Shown: one piece after another, positions 40,949-52,957 of the stretch
How the letters are laid out: each line of letters starts with the position of its first letter
How positions within the stretch are numbered: position 1 is the stretch's first letter
Assembly: GCA_951406725.2 (NCBI GenBank)
Contig: OX597833.1
Location: 48,918,001 to 48,982,000, forward strand
Reading direction: 5' to 3'
Length of the DNA stretch: 64,000 nucleotides
Source: Octopus vulgaris
Taxonomy: Eukaryota
The notes under the pieces: generated by a model
The model's input: the letters and a program-made list of their open reading frames with translations, nothing else
What the model was told of the DNA's origin: nothing
The model's database searches: none
Position numbers and translations under genes: made by a program

Positions 40949-42012
40949 TCCTAGAGAGAGTATTGATAGGTTATACAAACCTCGAAAGGAGGGAGAGATA
41001 GGTCTGATATCAAAAAAAGACTGCACAAAGATGGTAGAACATGATATAGAAGATTATGTGAGAAATAACACAGAAAAACTGATTTCAGCTGCCAGCGGAG
41101 AGTAGAAAAAAGCTGTGGAAATTGCAATGGAATACAAGGAAAGAAGAAAAGAGTGAGAAAGAACATCTGGGGGAAAGAACTACATGATCAGCATCTCAGA
41201 CAAATGCAGTATGTCGCAGTAGATGAATCTTGGTTATGGCTGAAGAATGGAGAGCTTAAGAAAGAAACAGGACTCATAATGGTTGCTCAAAGCCAGTCAT
41301 TATGGACGGATGTCACCCAGGCAAAAATTGATAAAACTGTGAAAAGTGCTGACTGCAGAATATGTTTAAGAAAGAGGAATCTGGACATGATAAGCTCCTG
41401 TAGTCCTTTGGCAAAGAAGGAATATTGATGTAAATATAAGCAAACCTATAATAATAAAGAAAGTTGCAGGCCCTGTATGCAAATAAGTGGCATTAGATTA
41501 TTAGAGCAGAATAGTAGAATATAACTACAGATGGTCTAGTTTGTGGAGTTTTATGTCATATAAAAGGAACACAGAAAGCATAACTGATATTTATGCTATA
41601 TGTAGTGTACACTTTTCAGTAAGCCAACCACCATTATTACACAAGCTGGTAGGCTCCATTATGTACTTGACTCACTTCATCAGTATTATAAGCAAAACTA
41701 TAATAATAAAGTTGCAGGCACTGTATGCAAATAAGTACCATTAGATTATTAGAGCAGAATAGTAGAATATATGATGAAAGAAGGTGAGCAAGAATGCATG
41801 AGAGGGGAGTTTGATGGGGTGGAGGAAGGATGGCTATAATGGCCATACCTCTCAATATATGCTCTGGTGGACCCATATGCAGTCACATATTTTTACAATG
41901 GAACATATTAGAGCAAAAAGGTTTTGAAGTAGGCAGAAAATGGTACCAACATCAGCCAGAGAGTGTAACAGAGAGTGATCAGTTTAAGATTTTATGAGAC
42001 TTTACTGTATAG

Positions 42013-42425
42013 ACTCTTTTACTCTTTTACTTGTTTCAGTCATTTGACTGTGGCCATGCTGGAGCACCGCCTTTAGTCGAGCAAATCGACCCTGGGACTT
42101 ATTCTTTGTAAGCCCAGTACTTATTCTATCGGTCTCTTTTCCCGAACCGCTAAGTGACGGGGACATAAACACACCAGCATCGGTTGTCAAGCAATGCTAA
42201 GGGGACAAACACAGACACACAAACATATACACACACACATATATATATATATACATATATACGACAGGCTTCTTTCAGTTTCCGTCCACCAAATCCACTC
42301 ACAAGGCATTGGTCGGCCTGGGGCTATAGCAGAAGACACTTGCCCAAGATGCCATGCAGTGGGACTGAACTCAGAACCATGTGGTTGGTTAGCAAGCTAC
42401 TTACCACACAGCCACTCCTGCGCCT
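42013..42425 (-). mobile_element. SINE family A copy inside the LINE RLE region
   Basis: Full reverse copy. Confidence 0.9.
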
Positions 42426-42930
42426 GATCACAAACTTCAAGCAAGGAAACCAGTAATTATCATTCTGGACAAAGGGGGAGAAAGAGAGCCTCATCACAGA
42501 TGTGGCTACGTCTGCAGACATGAATGTAGCAGGCAAAGAATAAAAAATAGGAAAATACCAGAATTTTATTTGGGAAATGTGAAGACTGCAGAGGGTTTCT
42601 ACAAGAGTAATCCCAGTAGTTATAAGTGCCCTTGGTACCATCACCAACAGACTAGGTAGGCTCTTTATTAAAATCAGTATAACTGCAAGAGTTGCATTAA
42701 TACAAAAATCTGTTCTATTGGGAACAACAATGATAATGAGAAAGGTCCTTGATATCTAAGAAAACTGGTTGTGACCCGTTACCAAAGACATTAATTCTAA
42801 ATGTAACATATTTGTGCATGTTATGGATAATGATGATGATGATAATAATAATTGTAATAATAATAATAATAATAATAATAATGATAATAATAATAATAAT
42901 AATGATGATGATGATGATGATGATGATAAT

Positions 42931-43174
42931 AATTCTTTCTACTAAAGGTACAAGGCCTGAAATTTGAGGAGAGGGGACTAATTGATTACATCGATCCTAG
43001 AGTTTCACTGGTACTTAATTTATTGACCCTGAAAGGATGAAAGGCAAAGTCAACCTCAGAAGAATTTGAACTCAGAACTTAAAAACAGACAATATGCTGC
43101 TAAGCATTTCACCTGACATGCTAACAATTCTGCCAGCTTGCACTCTTAATAATAACAATAATAATAATAATAAT

Positions 43175-43212
<38 letters not shown>

Positions 43213-43481
43213 TAATAATAATAATAATAATGATGATGATGATGATGATGATGATGATAATAATTCTTTCTACTAAAGGTACAAGGCCTGAAATTTGAGG
43301 AGAGGGGACTAATTGATTACATCGATCCTAGAGTTTCACTGGTACTTAATTTATTGACCCTGAAAGGATGAAAGGCAAAGTCAACCTCAGAAGAATTTGA
43401 ACTCAGAACTTAAAAACAGACAATATGCTGCTAAGCATTTCACCTGACATGCTAACAATTCTGCCAGCTTGGACTCTTAAT
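42931..43481 (-). mobile_element. Two tandem near-identical family D SINEs separated by (TAA/TGA)n
   Basis: 42931-43150 and 43263-43481, period ~332 bp. Confidence 0.88.
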
Positions 43482-43487
43482 AATAAC

Positions 43488-43540
<53 letters not shown>

Positions 43541-44451
43541 TGATGATAATAATAAACCTCAAGTTTTAAAACAAACATAATTTTTGTATGTTTTTTTTTT
43601 TAGACATTCACTAGAACAACACTAAATACAAAACCAAATATATGGCACACTAGGCATAACAACAACATGAACTTCCAACCTGTTGTCTCTTGAGGTCTCT
43701 GGGTGAGACTTGGAGCCAACTTGTACAAATATAAAGCAAAAGTCAAACATAGAATAATAATAATAATAAAGCGATAAAAATGACCAAAGATATTGAACAA
43801 TATAAAATCAACAGATCGTTCCAACAAGATCAGAAAAAGGTTTATCAACAGCTGAATGGAAAGGTGAACAGAAGTGAGAGACCAGACGTTGAAGAAAGTA
43901 GAAGGTTTTGGAGTAACATCTTGGATAATGGAAGAAAGTATAACAAAGCTGCTAAATGGTTGAAAGAATTAAGATCGGTAAAATATGAATTGAAACAAAG
44001 TAATGTTAGAATAACGACTGAACAGACAACAAAGATCCCAAACTAGAAATTCTCAGGCCTGGATAGGGTACAAGAATATTGGCTGAAAAATTTCCCAGCA
44101 CTACACAGAAAAATAGCCACACAAATGGATAAACTGATTAGCAATGGGGTGCAAATCCCAAAGTGGCTGACCACAGGTAAAACAATTCTTTACCAAAAGG
44201 ATTCCACTGAAGGCAATACAGTGGATAATTACCAGCTTATCACCTGTCTGCCCTTGATGTGGAAGCTGATGACAGGAATGATATATAATTATGTGTATAA
44301 GTTCCTGGAAATGAATGACAAACTGCCAGTGGAACAGAGAGGGTGCAAAAGGAAAAGCCGAAGAACAAAAAGGATAGACATAATGGTATGGAACAACTGC
44401 AAGAAAAGACTTACTAATCTGAGCATGGCATGGATCAATTATAAGAAAATA

Positions 44452-44820
44452 CGAGCAAAACGCCACCCCACCCCTGTCCAATGGACGGTGCTGAGTTGTC
44501 AAATATTTAAACCAAATTTTTTCAAAACAACTTGTCCAACCATCCCATAGGCCTCCCCTTTGAGAAACACTGATTTAACCTAAATTTGAGACACCAGCAA
44601 AAGAAGAAATAAAGATAAACTTTTTCTCTATTCTAAAGAATGACTTATCGATCGTATTCTCACCTGGAATCGATTTTTGTAATTTTTTCATGACTTATAC
44701 ATGCCCTGATACCATTGGTATCTACATATCAAATTAGAGTGCAATCAGATGGAGGATGCCTGAGATCCTAGAAGACACACACACACACACAGACAGACAG
44801 AACGGATTTTATATAAGAGA
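44452..44820 (-). mobile_element. Non-autonomous Helitron
   Basis: Minus strand A|TCTCTTATATAAAA...hairpin...CTCG|T; inserted between A and T with no TSD; removal restores the LINE motif AWINYKK.YDMV. Confidence 0.7.
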
Positions 44821-44997
44821 TATGACATGGTCCTCCATTTCTGGATCTTAGAAAGTCTTGAGCTGGTACAGGTGTCTGATAACATACCAAATTTTATTAG
44901 GAGAGCAATAAAAACTGGAATACAGAGTTAAACCTCATGTGGAAAATTTTTGGCAAGGGTTAACATCAAGATAGGCATATTTCAAAGAAACAACTTG

Positions 44998-45306
44998 CTA
45001 GGGCTGCCTGCTGGAGCCTATGTGGCAGGTATTTAAAGGGAGAAATTTGACAAGACAGTCAGTCACCGGCTGACACTCGCTGACAATACATCGAAGAGGC
45101 CAGGGAACAGATGAAAGAAGAAGAAAGAAGACATGCACCCAACACCAGAGCTGAAGGCACCACTGAAAGGGGGGGCCCTGCCATGTCAAAACGGTAGAGG
45201 AGTAGGGGCCGAAACCGGACGTGGTTCCTCCTGATGATGTCTTGAGCTAACTGGATCCTATAAAGGAGCTGTTGTGGTAGCAGACCACGAAACACAGTTG
45301 TAATTC
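44998..45306 (+). mobile_element. Short repeat with several hammerhead half-motifs, inserted in the LINE RT without TSD
   Basis: Removal restores GIFQRNNLSPL; second copy at 15797-15970. Confidence 0.7.
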
Positions 45307-45584
45307 CTCACCATTGCAGTTTGGGATTTGTGTCATGCCCCTCACACAGATACTATGGAAAGTGACATTGGAGTACACATGGGTGACTTAAAGATATTTG
45401 GGAAGAATGAACATGAAATAAATGGCCTAGTTTCAACAGTGCAGATATTCAGTAAGGATATCAGAATGGAATTTGGGACTAAAAAGTGGTATGCTTATAA
45501 TACAAAGAGACAAAGTAGTGTCATTTGATGGTGTAGAACTACCCAACAGCAAGAAAATCCAGGCTATTGCGGACAATACCTTAA

Positions 45585-45803
45585 TCCTTTAGTATTTAAA
45601 CCGGCCATATCCGGCCAAGATAGCTAATCTGTTTTATGTTCAAACTGACCAGATCCAGGCCCTCACACCTACCCTACAATGTTATTCTACATTAAGTAAT
45701 TACACCATCAAGATCTTGAAGATATGAGATAATGCATGATTAATTCAAATCAATGAGAATCAATAAGCATTATGTTTGATAGAATAATCTGAACACTAAA
45801 GGG
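45585..45803. mobile_element. TTAA-target MITE, family 2 (copy with family C insert at 57816-58355; fragment ~61910-62010)
   Basis: TTAA flanks; CCTTTAG / CTAAAGGG termini; homologous copies. Confidence 0.8.
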
Positions 45804-46125
45804 TTAAGGTGCTCTTAAATATTATGGCCAAATACCAGGAAACTCCAGGAAATCAGAACAACAAAATTTTGTTCTCGGGATAACTGTCAATATCCTAAGA
45901 GAAACATTATCAAATTGAAAACATTTGATTATCTTAAAACTCAATATCAAAACTAAAATATTGCAAATTTAACAGAATCTTGGTTCTCAGATTCAGACCT
46001 CCTTCACATACACTATATCATTGCTAATCATAAATAACACCCTTAGTAAAACGTCTGACTCAAGGTCTCTGGGTGAAACTTGGAACAGCTCGTAGTAAAA
46101 AGGAGCATCAATAACAGTACTTTCA

Positions 46126-46715
46126 TAAGGCGGCAAGCTGGTAGAAACGTTAACATGCCAGGTAAAATGCTTAGTGGTATTTCATCTGCTGCTATGTTCT
46201 GAGTTCAAATTCCGCCGAGGTCGACTTTGCCTTTCATCCTTTCGGAGGTCGATTAAATAAGTACCAGTTACACACTGGGGTCGATATAATCGACTTAATC
46301 CGTTTGTCTGTCCTTGTTTGTCCTCTCTGTGTTTAGCCCCTTGTGGGTAGCAAAGAAATAAGTATTTCGTCTGTTGTTACGTTCTGAGTTCAAATTCCGC
46401 CGAGGTTGACTTTGCCTTTCATCCTTTCGGGGTCGATAAATTAAGTACCAGTTACGCACTGGGGTCGATGTAATCGACTTAATACCTATGTCTGTCCTTG
46501 TTTGTCCGCTCTGTGTTTAGCCCCCTGTGGGTAGCAAAGAAATAGGTATTTCATCTGTCTTTATTTTCTGAGTTCAAATTCCACTGAGGTTGACTTAGCC
46601 TTTCTTTCATTCTTTCAGGGTTGATAAATTAAGTACCAGTTGTGTACTGGGGTCATTCTAATCGAAGGCCCCCTCCCCAAAAATTTTGGGTCTTGTGCCT
46701 AGAGTAGAAAAGAAT
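46126..46715 (+). mobile_element. SINE family D as a head plus three tandem bodies
   Basis: GAGTTCAAATTCC B-box and GCCTTTCATCCTTTCGGGGTCGAT core repeated three times. Confidence 0.88.
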
Positions 46716-46719
46716 GACA

Positions 46720-47738
46720 GTATTTCCAAGCCTGTAGAGTGAATCTCAAATCAGCAGAGCCCCTCGGCACCACTGCCAGGCTAAGGACCATGTCCATGGT
46801 AGTTTCTGGCACTGAAATCCTCTGAAACAGACTAGCTGGTTTATCCTAATTGAGATTCCCAGGGAAGGCCATTGCTCTAACCTGTAACTAGATTTTTACA
46901 TATTGCTGATGTAGAACTTCCATCAACTGCTTTGCCCATTTGGTAGAGGATGGTGAGCTCCTGGAAACATTCCTGGCACCAGGTGTTCAATCTTGGTAAT
47001 TTCTTGATGCAGGATTGTAGCTCTGTCAAAGAGATGAACTATGGAAATATGCCTTACAAACGAAGGCTACACTGGCTCTCCACCCAGAAAATTTTGAAGG
47101 TAATGTAGACTCTCAGTCATGTCTGTATCAGTAGCAATGGAATGCCAAGCCTGTTCTCTAGGGGACCCTGGCAACAAATAGACATCTGACCAGTGGAATG
47201 CATCTTTTCCACGGGAAGTAGAAAAGTAAACACTAGTCTGACAAATGTGGACTTGGCAAAAGATACAATGGTCAGGTGATAAGTTATTACAGAGGTGATG
47301 TAGGCATTTGCCACCTCTGCTTGACCTTTCAGGGTTAGTTTCCTCTCAGTCCATTTCTGATTGATGTTGGTCACATTGCTTGTAACCTTCTGCCAGTTCC
47401 TGTTCACTTGGAAGTGAAGACAAAATCAGACCCCAAGCAATTTCCTTAGTCTGTCAGTCTAGTGACCTACTATGCTGTTTGATGGCATAAACCTGCATCT
47501 CCAGATGCCAAACTACACTGACTTGTTTGGATCTATTTTTGTTTTTGCTATCATCTTGTAGAACGGAATTGATTGCCTGAATTCCCATGACATCTGCCAC
47601 CATTAGGGTGGTGTCATCCATATATGAAAACACACTCTCCTGCATCCCACTTACAAAGGGATGACCCTGAAGTGTTCTAGCTTGAGTGTCTGTACATATA
47701 GAAGAGATGAGAGATGATGCCCCTCATGGATTGAGCAT
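46720..47738 (-). mobile_element. L1/Tx1-clade LINE RT fragment
   Basis: SIHEG..LSSLLY, FSYMDDTT, W..RKLTLKG.AEVAN.YI.S motifs. Confidence 0.7.
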
Positions 47739-48122
47739 GGATGGAAGCACTCCGTCAGTTATGACGACGAGGGTTCCGGTTGATCCGATCGACGGAACAG
47801 CCTGCTCGTGAAATTAACGTGTAAGTGGCTGAGCACTCCACAGACACGTGTACCCTTAATGTAGTTCTCGGGGATATTCAGCGTAACACAGTGAGTGACA
47901 AGGCCGGCTCTTTGAAATACAGGTGCAACAGAAACAGGAAGTAAGAGTGAGAGAAAGTTGTGGTGAAAGAGTACAGCAGGGATCACCACCATCCCTGCCG
48001 GAGCCTCGTGGAGCTTTAGGTGTTTTCGCTCAATAAATACTCACAACGCCCGGTCTGGGAATCGAAACTGCGATCTTACGACTGCGAGTCCGCTGCCCTA
48101 ACCACTGGGCCATTGCGCCTCC
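47739..48122 (-). mobile_element. SINE family B, full length
   Basis: Reverse of the 40246 copy; 11-bp TSD GGATTGAGCAT (47728-47738, 48123-48133). Confidence 0.92.
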
Positions 48123-48859
48123 GGATTGAGCATACAATACCCACAGAAGAAGAGTCAAAAATTACAATTTTGTTCTCGTGATTACTGTCAATATCCTAAG
48201 AGAAACATTATCAAATTAAAAACATTTGATTATCTTAAAACTCTATCAAAACTAGAATATTGCAAATTTAACAGAATCTTGGTTCTCAGACTCAGGCCTC
48301 CTTCGCATACACTATATCTTTGCTAATCATAAATAACACCCTTAGTAAAACATATATGGGTGGTGTCATCCACATATATGAAAACACACTCATCTGCATC
48401 CCACTTACAAAGGGATGCCCCTGAAGGGTTCTCACTTGAGTGTCTGTACATATAGAAGAGATGAGAGAGGATATCCCTCATGAAAACACACTCTTCTGCA
48501 TCCCACTTACAAAGGGATGCCCCTGAAGAGTTCTAGCTTGAGTGTCTGTACATATAGAAGAGACGAGAGAGGATGCCCCTCATGGATTGAGCATACAATT
48601 CCCACAGAAGAAGAGTAAAAAAAATTACAAGGAAAAAGTAAAGAAGCAGACTGTGGACAGTTTTATGGCTTTTAAACAAATAAAAAGCAATTTGGCAGAT
48701 CTGGTAAGAGTTACTTGGTTTGGAAAAGTTTTAAAACATAGATGAAGGCAGAATGACAGTCTGGCATTGCCTGACAGGCATACATATGTAAAGCTATTTA
48801 GAGGTACACACATGCACACACAGCCCAAATGAGAAGACTTGTTTGTCTTGCTCTGATAT

Positions 48860-49078
48860 ACTCTTTTACTCTTTTACTTGTTACAGTCATTTGACTGCGG
48901 CCATGCTGGAGCACCGCTTTTAGTTGAGCAAATCGACCCCGGGACTTATTCTTTGGAAGCCCAGTACTTATTCTATCGGTCTCTTTGTCAAACCGCTAAG
49001 TGACGGGGACGTAAACACACCAGCATCGGTTGTCAAGCAATGCTAGAGGGACAAACACAGACAAACAAACACATACAT

Positions 49079-49115
<37 letters not shown>

Positions 49116-49279
49116 CGACAGGCTTCTTTCAGTTTTCGTCTACCAAATCCACTCACAAGGCTTTGGTCGGCCCGAGGCTATAGCAGAAGACACTTGCCCA
49201 AGATGACACGCAGTGGGACCAAACCCGGAACCATGTGGTCGGTTAGCAAGCTACTTACCACACAGCCACTCCTGCGCCT
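48860..49279 (-). mobile_element. SINE family A copy
   Basis: Full reverse copy. Confidence 0.9.
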
Positions 49280-49349
49280 ATATATATTGTTTTTTTTTAC
49301 AAGACTACAAAAATTTTTTATTGTTAACAATTCCGCAGCACCATGCCAT

Positions 49350-50755
49350 CTAATGCTGTGCACACATTTAGTATGATACATCCTTCATAACTGCTAATTT
49401 GGTCACCTAGGCAACAGAAATTATCCATGATCTCTAGCATTTGAAAAAATCTTATTCCCATGTGTCCTCAGTGCTTATTGTTTCTGTACATCTGTTGCAT
49501 ACAAAGACAACTTTCTCTGTTAACTCACTTGTGACTCCACTACACCTCTTATGTGTCCATAGCTTACACTTAGTGTAACAAATGGAATTCCTTCCACTTA
49601 CAAATTAAATAGGGCCATCTACCTAATGGAAAGACAGTCTTATTTTGGTGTTCACTAGGTTAACTTTAAAACCCTTTGATTCCAGGTTTTGCTTCCATAC
49701 TTGGAATTTCCTTTCCACTTCTACTACAGATTCTGCTGAAAGAGAAAGGTCATCAGTATATAGTAGTCTCCATGGGCGACCAATCTTCAATTCCTCTGTT
49801 ATGGTCTGGAGGACTGTGATGAATAAGAGGCGATTGAGAACAAAGCCCTGGTGAACTCCCACTTGTACACTAGATTAATCACCATACGCAAGAGGTGGAG
49901 GCACATGGCCTAGTGGTTAGAATAGCAGACTCGCAGTCGAGGGATCGTGGGTTCGAATCTCAGACCGGGCGATGTGTGTGTTTATGAGCGAAACACCTGA
50001 GCTCCATGCGGCTCCGGCAGAAGGTAATGGCGAAGCTTCTGCTGACTCTTTCGCCACAACTTTTCCTCACTCTTTCCTCCTTCATCTTGCAGCTCACCTG
50101 CAATGGACCGGCGTCCCGTCCAGGTGGGGAACCTTTACGCCAAGGAAACCGGGAAACCGGCCCTTATGAGCCAGGCGTGGCTTGAGAAGGAACAAGAAGG
50201 AACCATGCTCAAGACTGATTCTCACCCTACTGACAGCACCCCTATACATCACTTATACTGATCTAACAAGCCATTCATCTACTAACTTCCTTAGAGACAA
50301 CCGGATAACAGAGCAAGAGACCTGCCAAAGGCTTACACCAGGTCAACAGAAGCCAATCGTTTACTTTTAGCTAGATACTTCTCCTGTAGCTGTCTCACAA
50401 GGAAGATGGCATCTCTAGTATGTTGCCCTGGCACAAAACCAAATTACATCTCATCTATTCTAATTTTGTTTCTAATCAATTGAGCTATAATTCTCTCTCT
50501 AATTTTCATGACCTGGTCATTTTCATTTTGATACCTCTATCTAAGGCATTTCCCTTTGCCTTAGTAGCAGCTAACTATAACACAGGTATACTAGTCCTCA
50601 GGGATAACACCTTCCTGGATAACCTGATGCTATATGAGTGACAAGGCCATATCCTGCTTCATTAGATGTTTTAAGCATCTCAGTAGTGATTCCTGACAGC
50701 CGAGGGGCTTTCACTGTCTTCATATCCTTAATTACTTTCTCTACCAATTGCTTTA
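49350..50755 (-). mobile_element. RTE LINE RT fragment with a family B-variant SINE inserted (49894-50200)
   Basis: GVHQG.VL..LLF...LLYTDDL, related to the 26511 ORF; KAPRLSGITTEMLK; approximate TSD ACCAT...CAAGA. Confidence 0.82.
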
Positions 50756-50824
50756 TACATATCATCATCATCATTAACGTCCATTGTCCATGCTGGCACA
50801 TATGAGTGTGTGTGTGTGTGTGTG

Positions 50825-51570
50825 CACATGCTTAGGGAAAAGCATGGAAGTATGCTGTGCGTGAGAAGACCCGGCAAGACTAGTGAAGCCATAACCCGTG
50901 GCCCCTACCTGGGACGTAGTCAGTCCACCTGTGCATACCTTCCTTCTTGTGACACTTGTGAAGACCTGTTGAGGCAAGTGAGAATCAAATCAAATCAAAT
51001 CGAACCAAATCAAAATAGATGAACATCAATGGAATTTGTATCCTTGTGGTACCAGTGCTGGTGGCACATAAGAAAACCATCCGAACATGACTGTAGCCAC
51101 TACCGCAACGACTGGCCTCCGTGCTGAGGGCACGTAACAAACACCATCCGAGCATGGCCGTTCGCCAGCCTCGTCTGGCACCTGTGTCGGTGACACATAA
51201 GAAAACACCGTCCGAGCGTGGCCGTCTGCCAGCCTTGTCTGGCACCTGTGTCGGTGGCACATAAAAAACACCATCCGAGCGTGGCCGTCTGCCAGCCTCG
51301 TCTGGCACCTGTGTCGGTGGCACATAAAAAACACCATCCGAGCGTGGCCGTCTGCCAGCCACGTCTGGCACCTGTGTCGGTGGCACATAAAATCACCCAC
51401 TACACTCTCGGAGTGGTTGGCGTTAGGAAGGGCATCCAGCTGTAGAAACACTGCCAGATCTGACTGGCCTGGTGCAGCCTTCGGGCTTGCCAGACCCCAG
51501 TTGAACCGTCCAACCCATGCTAGCATGGAAAGCGGACGTTAAACGATGATGATGATGATGATGATGATAT
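50825..51570 (+). mobile_element. RTE 3' end with four ~62-bp tandem repeats (51142-51392) and (GAT)n tail
   Basis: Homologous to 27560-28150. Confidence 0.85.
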
Positions 51571-51631
51571 ATATATATATATATATATACATTTTATATA
51601 TATATATATATATATGCATATATATGTGTTA

Positions 51632-52160
51632 TGTCAGGTCACTTTTGAGTGCTACTGGTAACATGTAACCCAGTACAACCTGTTGCATGGTTGGGTCGTC
51701 GGCGAGTAAACCGGCAACCCCACCAAGCTTGCTTGGTGAGGAGGATGAATAACAAAACCCTTCAAAGGGCGGAGGAACTCTTGAGAGTCAACGGCCATCC
51801 AATAAATGTCTTAAGGCTTATCATGCGCGGGGACATAGAGATAATCGGACTAAATACCCGATCGCGCGGTTAAACCATTGGGAATGAAGGAATCCTAGCC
51901 TTTGTTAGGGCATCCTTCTAGGAGAAGGTAACTCAGGTAACTGGGATAACTCCAACATAAAACCTGCGGCTCAGTGGTTACCGATGATGTTGACTTGTTC
52001 TTCTTTTTGGATTATGGCTGCTGTTGCTTAGTGAGTGGGATTGACTCAGTGCACAGCCTTTCCTCACTTTAAAAAAGATCTTGCACAGGCATTGCACGAT
52101 AACAACATTGATTAAGCTTCGTGCAATGGCCATACTCGATAATGAGGGGGCAGCCACCAT
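51632..52160 (+). mobile_element. Non-autonomous repeat, probably RTE-related, with structured 5' end and (ATGT)n tail; related 5' fragment at 15973-16170
   Basis: Shared 5' motif between the two loci; CpG-richer island. Confidence 0.5.
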
Positions 52161-52470
52161 GTATGTATGTATGTATGTATGTATGTATGTATGTACGTAT
52201 CATCAATAAATCATAAATCTGAAAAAGAAGTTATACAGTATAGTAGAGTTTCTGGGGTTACTCTGGGTTTCACATCCCTAAAGCACTTAGCATTACAGTG
52301 TTTCTCCAGACTCTAAACCTGTTGGCTTATGGCCCTTCTAGCAACTTGCTGGAGAGGCCACAGACCAATGGGTTTAGGGTCTGAAGAAATGCTGTAAAGC
52401 TAAGTGCTTTATGGACATGAAACCCAGGGTAACCCCATAAACCAGCCATATCTAACTACCTATCTATCTT

Positions 52471-52502
<32 letters not shown>

Positions 52503-52901
52503 ACTACCTATCTATCTTTCTATCTATCTATCTATCTGTTTGTCTGTCTGTCTGTCTGTCCGTCTTGTTCTTTCTCTCTCTCTCTCTAAATATATATACA
52601 CACACATGCATGTGCATATGTAAATACATGCATATACATATATATGTAAACATATATATATATATATATCTATATATATATATACACATATATATATGTA
52701 TACATATATATATATACATATATATATATAGTGAAAGTGCATGGCTCAGTAGATAACATCAGTTGTATGGCGAAGGGAGACTGGTATGCATGGGTGAGTG
52801 CTGCCCTTCCATAAAAACAATCTTGCCTGGACTTGTACCTCGGAGGGTAACTTTCTAGGTGCAATCCCATGGTGTCATTCATGACCGAAGGGGTCTCCTC
52901 C

Positions 52902-52957
<56 letters not shown>

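Larger units (their letters stand above)
38720..42830 (+). mobile_element. Decayed R4/Dong-clade (RLE) LINE flanked by (TAA)n, carrying SINE, MITE and other insertions
   Basis: NIKRGIFQGDTFSPLLFV, YKYLGVLE, DRLY.PRKEG..GL, CRIC...ISSCS.LAK.EY zinc region, RLE region ITDVA...KY..L..E, ending IQKSVLLGT..IMRKVLDI*. Confidence 0.85.
43775..45570 (+). mobile_element. Second R4/Dong-type LINE fragment (RT), interrupted
   Basis: NYQLITCLPLMWKLMTG, EQRGCKR, AWINYKK|YDMV, IGIFQ..NL|SPL, MGDLKIF, DIRMEFG. Confidence 0.8.
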
